Shown piece after piece: positions 10,863-20,644 of a stretch of DNA of 64,000 nt. Source of the DNA: Halobacteriales archaeon. GTDB taxonomy: Archaea; Halobacteriota; Halobacteria; Halobacteriales; SKNY01. The translations under genes were made by a program, and so were the position numbers. The notes below the pieces were generated by a model. The model did no database searches. It had not been told where the DNA came from and worked only from the letters and a program-made list of their open reading frames with translations. The stretch spans positions 41,049-105,048 of the forward strand of contig SKQO01000019.1 in the NCBI GenBank assembly GCA_007118975.1. Direction: 5' to 3'. Position 1 is the first letter of the stretch. Each line of letters begins with the position of its first letter.

Positions 10863-11095
10863 CGACAGAACAGCCGCCCGCCCGCCTTCACTGGCATATG
10901 TCTACTGGGACGGACCGTGTCGTAAGTGTTCGTACGAACGGAAACGGTATCTCCCACGGGCTACCACTCTACCACCTGCGACGTGGTGAGCGCGTGTAAC
11001 GAGAAAGCCGGGGTAGTGGGTGCCACCGGTGAAGCGCAGTTACTTCGGTCGGCAGCGTTCGGATGAAACGCCCACTGGCCGTCTATGATGGCCTG

Positions 11096-11350
11096 TTAAT
11101 CCCGCACGGGCGCATCCGACAACGTGACGCGGTCCCCGGTTTCCAGAACGGTCGCCGCTCCATTGAGGTGGGAAACGTTCCGGCCATTGACCATGATAAT
11201 GAGATCTGGGTCCCTGGCGGACAACTGCCGCGGCGGTCCGAGTGCGTCGAGGACGTCGGAAACGGTCGATCCATCCGAAACGTCTACCTCGACGGTTTTA
11301 TCGCCGACGGCCTCCCGGATCCCCCCGTAGGTCCGCACCTCGAGTCGCAT
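11096..11350 (-). CDS. MoaD/ThiS-fold ubiquitin-like protein lacking C-terminal GG
   Basis: MRLEVRTYGGIREAVG..TVSDVL..IMVNGRNV..LETGDRVTL; ends APVRD. Confidence 0.8.
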   Translation of the reverse strand: MRLEVRTYGGIREAVGDKTVEVDVSDGSTVSDVLDALGPPRQLSARDPDLIIMVNGRNVSHLNGAATVLETGDRVTLSDAPVRD

Positions 11351-11448
11351 TCGTATATCATCGTTCAAGGGAGGACGCTTGGCCGTTTCCCCGTCTCCAT
11401 CGGGAACCATATGCGATAGGGCCATGGTGATCGCCCCGCCTGGATTCG

Positions 11449-11733
11449 ATGATGGAGGTCACCTGCGATCTGTTCGGACCGTTGCGAGAAGCAGTCGGCA
11501 GGAAGTCTATCGAGCGCGAACTTTCGGAAGACGCGACCGTGGAAACGTTGGTCGCGGACCTCTCGGCGGCATACGACGAATTGGAGGGTCACCTGTTCGA
11601 CGAAGACGGGGAACTAGCAGACCGGCTGACGATCACCGTGAACGGCCGTCACATTCAACAGTTAGACGGGAAACGGTCGCGGTTAGCAGACGGCGATAGG
11701 GTTCGTCTGGCACCGCCACTCGTCGGCGGGTAA
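11449..11733 (+). CDS. SAMP ubiquitin-like small archaeal modifier (MoaD family)
   Basis: LFGPLREAVG, TITVNGRHI, DGDRVRLAPPLVGG with C-terminal di-Gly. Confidence 0.92.
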   Translation: MMEVTCDLFGPLREAVGRKSIERELSEDATVETLVADLSAAYDELEGHLFDEDGELADRLTITVNGRHIQQLDGKRSRLADGDRVRLAPPLVGG

Positions 11734-11760
11734 CCACCACGGTCGACGTGGTCGACACTC

Positions 11761-13440
11761 TCAGTCAGCTGTTGCCGGTCCGGCGGTGTGCTCGCGCACC
11801 GTCTTGTCCGGTACCGTTCCGTCGGCGTTCCAGCCCCGAAGTTCGTAGTATTCGTCCAGTGCGTCCTCGAACCCCGGGAGTTCGTAGGGCAACCGGTCGT
11901 CCTCGCGATCCATACCTCGCTGATTGTTGAAGTGACGTTCGAGTTCGATCACGCGGTCGCACTGTTGGACGAGCGTCTCGAAGGGTTCCTCGAACAGCGT
12001 CTCGATGACGTCCGGTGTAACGTAGTCGTCCTCTCCAAAGGCACAGATAATGCCACTGTCGCGAAGCGCCGCCCGCGCCTCGCGCTCTCGGACGACCTGG
12101 GGTTTGCCGTCGAGTCCCTCCGGATCGATCTCGCCGTCGTATTCCGGGCGGAGCGTCGTCGAGTACATGTGATCAGCGCCACGATTGGCGACGGCGTAGG
12201 AGAACCCTTGTCCCTGAATCACGCGCCCGTCGTGGGCGGCGAACTCCATTCCTTTCACCGAGAAGTTCTCGACGCCTAGCTCGCCGTGGATGTGATCGAC
12301 TCCTTCGGCGAGCAGATCGCCCTCGTCCTCGCGGAAGGCGATCCGTTCGATCAACTCGTGGACGAGCTCAGCGTTCCCGAATTCGTCGTGGGCGGCGAGG
12401 TACGCCGCGATGGAGACGCCACACGAGATCGTATCGAGCCCGTAGATGTCACACAGCTCGTTTGATTTCATGACGTCGACGATGTCCCCAACCCCCTGGT
12501 TGGAGCCGAACGAATACACCGTCTCGAACTCCGGACCCTCCGTCTCCAGGCCCGTTTCCTCGTCCCGTGTGGGGAGTTTGCAGGCGAAGGCACACTGCGA
12601 ACACGCGGCCTTCTTGTACTTTTTCGACTCGACGGCGTATCCGTCGATCCCATCGACCTCCTCGAAGGAATACTCGCTGAAATACCGCGTCGGTAAGGAA
12701 AACTCGTCGTTGATGAACTCGGTCCCGGCGGTCGTCCCCTGGCGTTTCATCATGTCATCGGCGGTCGCGGCATGGCGATGAACCTCCATTTGAACGTCTT
12801 CGGGCAGTTCGATCTCGGGACGGGCATCCCCCTCGAACGTGATCGCTTTGACCCCTTTCGCGCCGAGGACCGCTCCCAGTCCACCACGGCCGAAGGCACG
12901 GGATTCGTATGTCATCACACAGGCGTATCGAACGAGGTTCTCGCCGGCCGGGCCGATGGCAATCTGATGTTCGGGCGCGAGGTCGTGTTCGCGTTCCATG
13001 TAGTCGGTCACCTCGGGCACCGTCGCCTGTTCGAGTTCGGGCACCGACTCTACCTCGACACCGTCATCTCTGACGTGGACCATCACGAGGTCGTCACACT
13101 CTCCCGTGATCTCGACGATCGGATGGCCGGTATCGACGAAATTGCGGGAAAGATACCCGCCGGCATTCGTCGAAACGATCCCGTCGGTGAGCGGGGACAG
13201 TGCCGTCGCGTTCATGCGGCCGGTGAAGCTCATTCGGGACTGCTGGAGCGGACCAGTCGAAAAATACAGTCGGTTTTCGGACCCCAACGGGTCCGCGTCG
13301 AAGGGAATACGTTCGTGGGCGAGCCGGGTCGCGAGCCCGCGTCCACCGATGTACTCGGTCAGGATGTCGTCAATGTTCGTTTCCGTCGCGCTCCCGCTCC
13401 CGACATCGATCGTCAGTAATGATCCTTTGGCATGTAACAT
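11761..13440 (-). CDS. aor: Aldehyde:ferredoxin oxidoreductase (W/Mo-pterin)
   Basis: YIGGRGLA, SPLTDG, IGPAGENLVRYA, GRGGLGAVLGAKGVKAI, CSQCAFAC cluster motif, GPEFET, GLDTIS, RGADH, YYELRGW. Confidence 0.93.
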   Translation of the reverse strand: MLHAKGSLLTIDVGSGSATETNIDDILTEYIGGRGLATRLAHERIPFDADPLGSENRLYFSTGPLQQSRMSFTGRMNATALSPLTDGIVSTNAGGYLSRNFVDTGHPIVEITGECDDLVMVHVRDDGVEVESVPELEQATVPEVTDYMEREHDLAPEHQIAIGPAGENLVRYACVMTYESRAFGRGGLGAVLGAKGVKAITFEGDARPEIELPEDVQMEVHRHAATADDMMKRQGTTAGTEFINDEFSLPTRYFSEYSFEEVDGIDGYAVESKKYKKAACSQCAFACKLPTRDEETGLETEGPEFETVYSFGSNQGVGDIVDVMKSNELCDIYGLDTISCGVSIAAYLAAHDEFGNAELVHELIERIAFREDEGDLLAEGVDHIHGELGVENFSVKGMEFAAHDGRVIQGQGFSYAVANRGADHMYSTTLRPEYDGEIDPEGLDGKPQVVREREARAALRDSGIICAFGEDDYVTPDVIETLFEEPFETLVQQCDRVIELERHFNNQRGMDREDDRLPYELPGFEDALDEYYELRGWNADGTVPDKTVREHTAGPATAD

Positions 13441-13909
13441 GGTTCAAATCCGATCAAGCTAGTAGATAAATCTTGGCGGCCCCACGGGTGCGGTTTCGTA
13501 GGATGGAGTACAGCAAGCGGTGTGGCCGACCAGGGCTTTTCGTAAAGAATAACGAAATCAGTCGATACCGGCGAGTTGGCCGAATCGATGCGTTCCCCAG
13601 GAAATCGCACCGGTGGCTCCGTCCCTTCCACTCTGAGGTCGCGCGCTCGTTCCGCCGGATCGCACTCACGGTTCGGCGAAAGTGACTCCCGACATGCCAC
13701 GAGACGGTACACCGGGTGACGCGACGCACGTGAGGTGTGGAGGCCATCGACATTCCACAGGTTCGACCCAATCTACATCGTGGGAGCACCATGCGTGACG
13801 TGAGGCCTAATCCCCAGGTGTATGATACGCCCAGGGGAGCTCGATGTGAAGCCGTTGGTTGTGCGTGCCCGAACCAGTGAGTTAATGAGTTGGATCGTCG
13901 ATCCCCGGT

Positions 13910-14119
13910 ATGGAACGGGTGGAGGCAATCGTGGGCGGGCTTGCCGTCGTTGCGGTGATCTTTGGCGGTTTTATCGCGATACGAACGGTTAGCCGGTTGT
14001 TCCGAGCAATGGTATGGTTCGCCGAGACCGTCGCCCTGTTCGGGTTCGCCCTCGTGCTCGGCTATCTCGCCTATCGGATCTTTCTCGGTTCGAGTGACGA
14101 TCCTCGCTATACCTCGTGA
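13910..14119 (+). CDS. Small two-TM membrane protein
   Basis: 69 aa with two hydrophobic helices; TTAAT box about 25 nt upstream. Confidence 0.65.
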   Translation: MERVEAIVGGLAVVAVIFGGFIAIRTVSRLFRAMVWFAETVALFGFALVLGYLAYRIFLGSSDDPRYTS

Positions 14120-14252
14120 CGAACCGCCAACAGCCCACAATTGGCTGCTGGGATGGGGACATTCGGAGGAAGTTCGACTAACGAGTTGCTGGGCCCGCAG
14201 GGGACCCCGCCTCGGGGGGTGTTCCCACCGGAGTCATTCTTGCGTCGGCGTG

Positions 14253-14396
14253 TTATCGTCGAATCGTGAGGATTGCGAGCCCGAGGAGGAGGAGTCCGAT
14301 TCCCCACCAGAAAGAATCGCCCGGCAACACGAACAACAACAGCGTTACGACGCCGGACGTGAAGATCGACCAGCCGACGGTCGTTCGATAACTCAT
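14253..14396 (-). CDS. Small two-TM membrane protein (47 aa)
   Basis: MSYRTTVGWSIFTSGVVTLLLFVLPGDSFWWGIGLLLLGLAILTIRR, the hydrophobic tail of the long ORF 14253..15176. Confidence 0.6.
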   Translation of the reverse strand: MSYRTTVGWSIFTSGVVTLLLFVLPGDSFWWGIGLLLLGLAILTIRR

Positions 14397-14765
14397 GTGA
14401 TAGCAATATCGCGGGCCCTGGTTGGCTCTTTTCCCACCCCGACGGGACTGTTCGGAAGAGACAGGAGTGAGTGGACCGTGCGCAAACGGTACAGAACAGA
14501 CAGAAGCCACACCCGCTTGCGATCGCCGGGCCGATTGGACGTCCCCCCGAGCAACCGGAAACAGCACTGCCCGTATGATCGTGGAATGCGTAATCGAATT
14601 TTCGTGCATCCATCGTAAACACAGCATTCGACGATCAGCCATCCCGATCAAGCGTTCGTTTCGATCGGAACCGTTCAAGTCGGTCACGTCAGCCGGTCTC
14701 AACGACCGGGGACCCTGCGCCTGATTACGCAAGATGTTCATACGCCGCTGTCGGAGCCCCGACCG

Positions 14766-16331
14766 TTGAGCCGTCCTCGTGAAGCGTCGAGCGCGGGTGA
14801 GAACGATGCCGCGCTTCCGGTCGAAGCGTTGTTCACCGTCGCGGGCGGAGCGGCCGTCGTCGTCGCAGCCACAGTGTCCGGCATGCTGCTGATGCTCGCG
14901 GGCCGCGGCTTGTTTACCCGGGCCTTCGAGCCCGGTGAATACGGGCTGTTTTCGCTGGCCTTCACCGTGACGTCGATCTTGACAGTGGTTGCCACGCTCG
15001 GTCTGCGTAACGGCATCCCGCGACAGGTCGCGTTCCACAACTCGCACGCCAGTGAGGCCGGGCTCACCCCGGCCAGTATCATCACGTGGGGATTTCTCGC
15101 GACCCTTCTCGCGAGTGGCGTAGTCTGTGTGGTACTTTGGCTGGGGGCTCCGTTCCTCGCTCATCTGTTCGGCCATCCGGAGTACACGATCGCGTTCCGG
15201 GTGGCCGCAGTCTCGGTTCCGGGGCTCGCACTCATTCGGTCGAGTACCGCGGTGTACCGCGGGTTCAATCGAACCCGGGAGCGGGTAGTCTTCCAGGAAC
15301 TCCTCCAGAAAGGATCATTTCCACTACTGCTCTCGATCGTCGTTTACAGTCAGGCGGGACTCGTTGCAGCCTTGCTGGCGTTTCCGACCTCCTTGTTCCT
15401 GACGGCCGTCGCCTACAGCGTGTATACGCTCCGTTTCGACCCCGGCGCGTTCCGGGAGAAGGTTGTCACCTCGATTGGTCGCCCGAGCGACGGCTACGAG
15501 CTGTTGGCGTTCTCCTTCCCATTGTTGTTCGCCTCCTTGCTGATCCAGATCATGACGTGGACCGATATTCTGATGCTCGGCTATTTCAAGACCGCAACGG
15601 AAGTCGGTATTTACGACGCCGTCCGCCCGCTGGTCGAGCTCATGGCCGTTATTTGGGGAGGAATGATCTTCCTGTATACGCCCATCGCATCCGGGTTGAC
15701 GGCGGAGGAGGCGATGGAATCAATCCGCCGCGTGTATTTTGCGCTCACGAAGTGGTTCGCTTCCCTCACGTTTCCGTTCGCAATCACGTTCCTCCTGTTC
15801 CCGGATCTGGTACTTCGGGCGACGTTCGGAGCCGAGTACGCAGTCGGCGCCGTGGCCTTACAAGTGCTGGCCGTGGCGTTCTTCCTCGGGCACGTGATGG
15901 GGCCGAACGGTGCAACGCTCACCGCGCTCGGACACACACGCGTGCTGATGTGGGCGAATCTCGTCGCCGCCATCGCCAACATCATTCTCAACGTCTGGCT
16001 GATACCTGCGCACGGCATTGTCGGTGCCGCCCTGGCGACAGCTACTGCCCTGGTCGTACGAAACTTGATTCGGGTGGGGATCGTGTATGTCGTTTCCGGT
16101 GCCCACTCGTTCCAGCGGCCCATGCTCGTACCCATGGGGATTACCGTTGTCGCCGGCATCGGAACACATGTCTTCGTGAGCCCACTGATCACCTCGCCGC
16201 TGCAGCTGCTCCCGGTGGTGGTCGCATTGCTCGTCGTCTACGGCGCATCTCTCGTGTCGCTCGGGTTTGTTTCCGAGGCCGACCGGGCGCTCCTCGCCTG
16301 GGCGGGTGAGCAGCTACCACTCCAGCGCTGA
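14766..16331 (+). CDS. Oligosaccharide flippase (Wzx/MOP family)
   Basis: Many TM helices; EYGLFSLA, LLAFSFPL, WTDILMLGYF, EVGIYDA, LIPAHGIVGAALAT. Confidence 0.92.
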   Translation: MSRPREASSAGENDAALPVEALFTVAGGAAVVVAATVSGMLLMLAGRGLFTRAFEPGEYGLFSLAFTVTSILTVVATLGLRNGIPRQVAFHNSHASEAGLTPASIITWGFLATLLASGVVCVVLWLGAPFLAHLFGHPEYTIAFRVAAVSVPGLALIRSSTAVYRGFNRTRERVVFQELLQKGSFPLLLSIVVYSQAGLVAALLAFPTSLFLTAVAYSVYTLRFDPGAFREKVVTSIGRPSDGYELLAFSFPLLFASLLIQIMTWTDILMLGYFKTATEVGIYDAVRPLVELMAVIWGGMIFLYTPIASGLTAEEAMESIRRVYFALTKWFASLTFPFAITFLLFPDLVLRATFGAEYAVGAVALQVLAVAFFLGHVMGPNGATLTALGHTRVLMWANLVAAIANIILNVWLIPAHGIVGAALATATALVVRNLIRVGIVYVVSGAHSFQRPMLVPMGITVVAGIGTHVFVSPLITSPLQLLPVVVALLVVYGASLVSLGFVSEADRALLAWAGEQLPLQR

Positions 16332-16671
16332 CCGGTGCCACCCCGCTCGACAGACTGCGTCATCACGTCAAACGGGTACAGCAAGCAGCTCGTCGGCAAT
16401 GTGCCCGGAAGGACCTGCCGCGAATATCGTTTCGATAGAGTTCGGCCTCCGTTGGATTCTCACACAGGCACCGCAAGGGACGCTCGTATTTTCGGCGGTC
16501 AAGCCCTGTGAACGATCGGACGATCCGGTCTCCCCGCGATCGGAACGAAAAACCGGCGGCCCAGTATCGCATTGATACCGACGGCACAATTCGTTCAGAA
16601 TCCGCAATCGAGCACATTTGAACCACGAAAACGCCGTGGTGGGCGACCAAGCGCTTTGCTCCCCGAGCGAT

Positions 16672-17925
16672 TCACTCGTCGTCGAAGACCGGGCCCTCAG
16701 CCACACGATCGAGCAGTTCCGCAGCCCGGTCGCTCCCCGTGTGCTCGATTACACGCGTGGTGACCCCTTGCTCGAAATACGGCAGTTCCCCCGCTCTCGC
16801 CATCTCCATCAGGTCATCACGAAGTGAGCTGCAGTACAACGTCTCACCATCAATCCACGAGACTTCGACGAGTCGGGCGGGTGCCGACAACAACTCAACT
16901 TCGTCGACGCGATATCTTTCCAGCGCCTCTCGATCGACTCGGTGGCCCAGTCCCGGGGATGATGGTACCGTCGCGAAGCCGTCATCGACGTCGATTGGAT
17001 CGACGAGGAGGGAGTTCTCGTAGATCTGATGGCAGTTGATCGCGGGCCAGCGTGCCTGTTCGAGCACACCGCCGAAGTGGAGGCTGTGGGCGGCGGTGAT
17101 TCCGGTCCCCACGAGTTGCAGGAAGAACGGCCGATCGGCCATGGCAGCAACTGAACCAATCTCCATGAGCCGCCCCGGTGGCCCGGTCACGACAAACCCG
17201 TCACAGACCTCCTTGCAGATAGCGGTTTTTGGATCAGGCGTCCCGTAGTGCATGGCGATTTGACCGTCGGTTTCCTCTCGAATACGGCGATTACCGTCGA
17301 CATCATCCTGGGGGATTGGCGTCTCGTAGATCTCCACCTGCTGGTATTCGTCGAACTCCTGGAGCAGGGTAATCGCCCGATTCGCGTCGAGGAGTGTGTC
17401 GTTGAAATCGACGTCGATCGTGAAGGATTCCGGAACCTCGTTCGTTAGGCGCTCGAGCTGTTCCCTGATGTCGAACCAGGGCCTCCCCTTCACCTTCATG
17501 TCCGTATAGCCGTGCTCAAGTGCACACTGCGCCTCGTGGACGAAATCCCCCGGCGGCATATCGATACACCACCAGGCGAGCGGCGTCCGATCGTGTACTT
17601 GCTCGCCGAGGAGTTCGTGGATTGGTACCCCCAACGCCCGACCGACGGCGTCGAAGAGAGCCGTCTGGATGGCCCAGCCGAGCGAGTCGTCCCACATTTG
17701 TTCAGCGGCGTTTCGACCGATGACAGATTGGACGTCTTCCATCGCAAGATCGCCCGACCAGTAATCGAGCATCGCCTCGCCGTATCCCAGGTGGCCGCCG
17801 GCGAGTTCGACCTCCAAGACGAGGAAATCCCGCCAGTTCGCTTGGGCCTTGAGATTCCGTCCCGGTACTGATCTGAACGGCACGCCCACCGGGATCCGCT
17901 CGATGTGTTCGACGGTGAGATCCAT
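16672..17925 (-). CDS. Mandelate racemase/muconate lactonizing enzyme family protein
   Basis: GYGEA, ALFDAVGRALGVPIHELLG, KVKGRPW, DVDFN, ETPIPQ, VPSSPGLG; alternative start 17952. Confidence 0.88.
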   Translation of the reverse strand: MDLTVEHIERIPVGVPFRSVPGRNLKAQANWRDFLVLEVELAGGHLGYGEAMLDYWSGDLAMEDVQSVIGRNAAEQMWDDSLGWAIQTALFDAVGRALGVPIHELLGEQVHDRTPLAWWCIDMPPGDFVHEAQCALEHGYTDMKVKGRPWFDIREQLERLTNEVPESFTIDVDFNDTLLDANRAITLLQEFDEYQQVEIYETPIPQDDVDGNRRIREETDGQIAMHYGTPDPKTAICKEVCDGFVVTGPPGRLMEIGSVAAMADRPFFLQLVGTGITAAHSLHFGGVLEQARWPAINCHQIYENSLLVDPIDVDDGFATVPSSPGLGHRVDREALERYRVDEVELLSAPARLVEVSWIDGETLYCSSLRDDLMEMARAGELPYFEQGVTTRVIEHTGSDRAAELLDRVAEGPVFDDE

Positions 17926-18495
17926 CGTCGAACCGTTCTTCGCGACTGCCATATAGGTTCACCCGCCGGTACGGGTGCACCAGGCTGCCTTCAGGTATCC
18001 GGAGGGTTCGAGGACGGCTATTTGGGGACAATGTCTCAACTGAGCGGTGCATCCGCAGCCGGCGGCGCGGGTGGTGGACCCTGAGAGCAGTCCCGCGAGT
18101 CTCTCAGCCAGTATGACGATAGAATGCAAGTGATACGCATTGACCGGCACCAAAGGCGCTGACAACCCTCCACTCGAGAATCGCATCAACTACCGTCAGA
18201 TCCGCAGCGGCTCACACGTAGCGTCGATGTCCCCGCGTTTCCAGATCGTCCTCGATTCCGACCTGAGACGATCCGCACCTGCGGTAGTTGACTCCCCGCA
18301 TCAGATGCCAATCCGATGGTGGCGTCCAATCACGAAACGTTGGACGGCAGGAGCCACCGGGGGTATGCTGGTCTAATTGCCAGGAGGACACGTTCAAGCT
18401 TCACCACCAGAGCCGAGGCGGGTATTCACCGCGAGCGTAAGGTGGCGCAGTGTGGACGCCACACGTTTATTCGACCAACCCGTGAATGGATAGTA

Positions 18496-19071
18496 ATGTG
18501 GCCGATCGGCCATGCCGCAGTGGCATATCTCATCTTCTCGCTTTACAACCGCATCCGTAATCGTAGCGATCCCTCCGAAGCGACCGCCGCGATTGTGGCC
18601 GTCGCGAGTCAGGGACCCGATCTCGTCGACAAACCGCTCGCCTGGCGTCTCGGCGTTCTTGCGTCCGGACGGAGCCTCTCGCATTCGCTATTTGTCCTCG
18701 CCCCCGTCGCCTGGGGGGGATACGCGCTCGCCCGACGCATCGGGCGGCCCGATATCGGGCGAGCCCTCGTGGTCGGCACGCTAACTCACACCCTCGTCGA
18801 CGCCCTGCCTGCCGTCTGCGGCAAAGCGGATGCGCGCTTTCTTGCCTGGCCGCTCACGCGCGTGCCCGTCGGCAAGTCCGGTCATCCGACGATCAGTGGA
18901 TTACTCCGCCGGAGTCTTCGAGACCCCGAGTTTTACGCCGAATTTCTCCTCGCCGGGCTGGCAGCCCTCGCCTGGTGGCGCGATGGCGCTCCAGGAGTGG
19001 AGCGTCTCACCGAACACCGCTGTGCCCGGAATATCGAAACAACGTGGCTGGATCGAGAGCGACATGAGTGA
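18496..19071 (+). CDS. Membrane metal-dependent hydrolase (YdjM-like)
   Basis: MWPIGH, SQGPDLVDKPLAW, GRSLSHSL, HTLVD, FLAWP. Confidence 0.85.
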   Translation: MWPIGHAAVAYLIFSLYNRIRNRSDPSEATAAIVAVASQGPDLVDKPLAWRLGVLASGRSLSHSLFVLAPVAWGGYALARRIGRPDIGRALVVGTLTHTLVDALPAVCGKADARFLAWPLTRVPVGKSGHPTISGLLRRSLRDPEFYAEFLLAGLAALAWWRDGAPGVERLTEHRCARNIETTWLDRERHE

Positions 19072-19346
19072 AGGGACACAAGGGAGCCGTCGCTCATCAG
19101 GCTGAACCCGGCCCGGATTCCCGACCCTCTATTGAGAGGCGATTACCGAAGCCCCTTTCGGTCGCCAGAGCAAGGAGTGGCCGTCGTCAGAGCCACAATC
19201 CCCAAGCTGGGGAATGGCCCATACGTACCCCGTGCCAGCCCGATGGAGAAAGCGCGTGCCCAGTGAAGGCCCGGCGAGGGTCGACCGAGAAGTACACCGC
19301 AGCAGCAGACGATATTGTCTTGAGCGGGGCACGACTCGCGCAATCT

Positions 19347-20225
19347 ATGTCAATCGATACCGTCGTGGTGACGGGTGGTAACGGCAAGATCGGACGGGCG
19401 ATCATCGCCGAACTCAACGAGCACGGGTACGAGTCGGTCAATCTCGCTCGTGGCAAACGACGCGAGGACGTCTCTGATCGGTACTATACGACCGATCTGA
19501 CCGAGGCCGGTGAAGTTTACGGCTCGCTGGCCAAAAGCGAGGCGGACGCCGTCATCCACATGGGAACGATTCCATCACCGGTTTCCCACCCGGGGTACGT
19601 CACGTTCGAGAGCAACGTCATGTCGACGTATCACGTCCTCGAGGCAGCGAATGCCCTCGGGATCGAGAACGCTTGTATCGCCTCGAGCATCAACGCGATG
19701 GGCGTCGCGTACCAGGATGAACCGAGCCAAATCACGTATCTGCCGGTGGATGAAGCGCATCCACTGACCCCCCGGGATCCGTACGCGATCGGTAAACACG
19801 CCCTCGAAGTCGTCTGTGAAGGTTTTGGCCGGATGGCCTCGCCCCCGCACTCGATCGCCTCCCTCCGATACCCCTGGGTCGCGACGGGGGAGGAACTACG
19901 CGAACGCTACGGGAGCGAGGACCGTTCCGTCGATGCCGTCGATCGAGCAGGAAGCGGCCGTGATCACTGCTTTTCGTATCTGCACGTGGCGGATGCTGCC
20001 TCAATCGCCCGGCTGGCCATCGAAGCTGATCTTGCGGGCCACGAGGTGTTTTGGGCAGTCGCCGGGGACACGACGCTTGAAACACCCACACAGGACGTGG
20101 TCGAGCAGGTATATCCGGAGATAGACATCAAGCGGGAAGTTACCGGTCGGGAGTCCCTGATCTCGATCGAGAAGGCCCGCAAGCAACTCGGCTGGGAGCC
20201 GCAGGTCTCCTGGCAGGACGTGTGA
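19347..20225 (+). CDS. NAD-dependent epimerase/dehydratase
   Basis: VVTGGNGKIG Rossmann motif, ASSINA, YAIGK (YxxxK), KARKQLGWEP. Confidence 0.92.
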   Translation: MSIDTVVVTGGNGKIGRAIIAELNEHGYESVNLARGKRREDVSDRYYTTDLTEAGEVYGSLAKSEADAVIHMGTIPSPVSHPGYVTFESNVMSTYHVLEAANALGIENACIASSINAMGVAYQDEPSQITYLPVDEAHPLTPRDPYAIGKHALEVVCEGFGRMASPPHSIASLRYPWVATGEELRERYGSEDRSVDAVDRAGSGRDHCFSYLHVADAASIARLAIEADLAGHEVFWAVAGDTTLETPTQDVVEQVYPEIDIKREVTGRESLISIEKARKQLGWEPQVSWQDV

Positions 20226-20644
20226 GATAACCCATTGGGGAAGACATCCCTGGTTGACGCCTGCACCTGGACCTACCGTCAGCTGGCCGTGCATACGCGT
20301 ACGGGTCGATGACGGCCTTCCGGCGAAACGACCCACGGTACCGCTGCAGTATTTTCGACGGGGTAGTACAGGAGCCGATAAGCGGACCCGAAAGTGACGA
20401 ACGGTCAGCACCCGCGTCCCACTAGCTCGGGACCCAGGGACGTACTCCGCGTTCGCCATCACGGCTCGCTGCGCGAGTCACGTGACCGGATCGACGTCTT
20501 CGGGGCAACAGAACCCGGATATCCTGGCGTATTCGACACGTACCGGTCATCCGGGTGGGCTTCCAGCCGGCCCCTGTCGGTTAGAGCCCCCCTACCTGTC
20601 GTGGCGACCGAGTTACCTCCCCAGTTTCACCGGTTGGTCCACCG

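Noticed and set aside
13441..13451. GGTTCAAATCC resembling a tRNA T-loop
   Set aside because: It abuts the AOR start codon and the preceding sequence is coding, with no acceptor, D or anticodon arms.
14397..15176. Long minus-strand ORF 14253..15176 and similar Arg/Pro-rich ORFs such as 15086..16309 and 43679..44704
   Set aside because: Shadow frames of real genes in GC-rich DNA, without motifs or acidic composition. Only the last 47 codons of 14253..15176 were kept.
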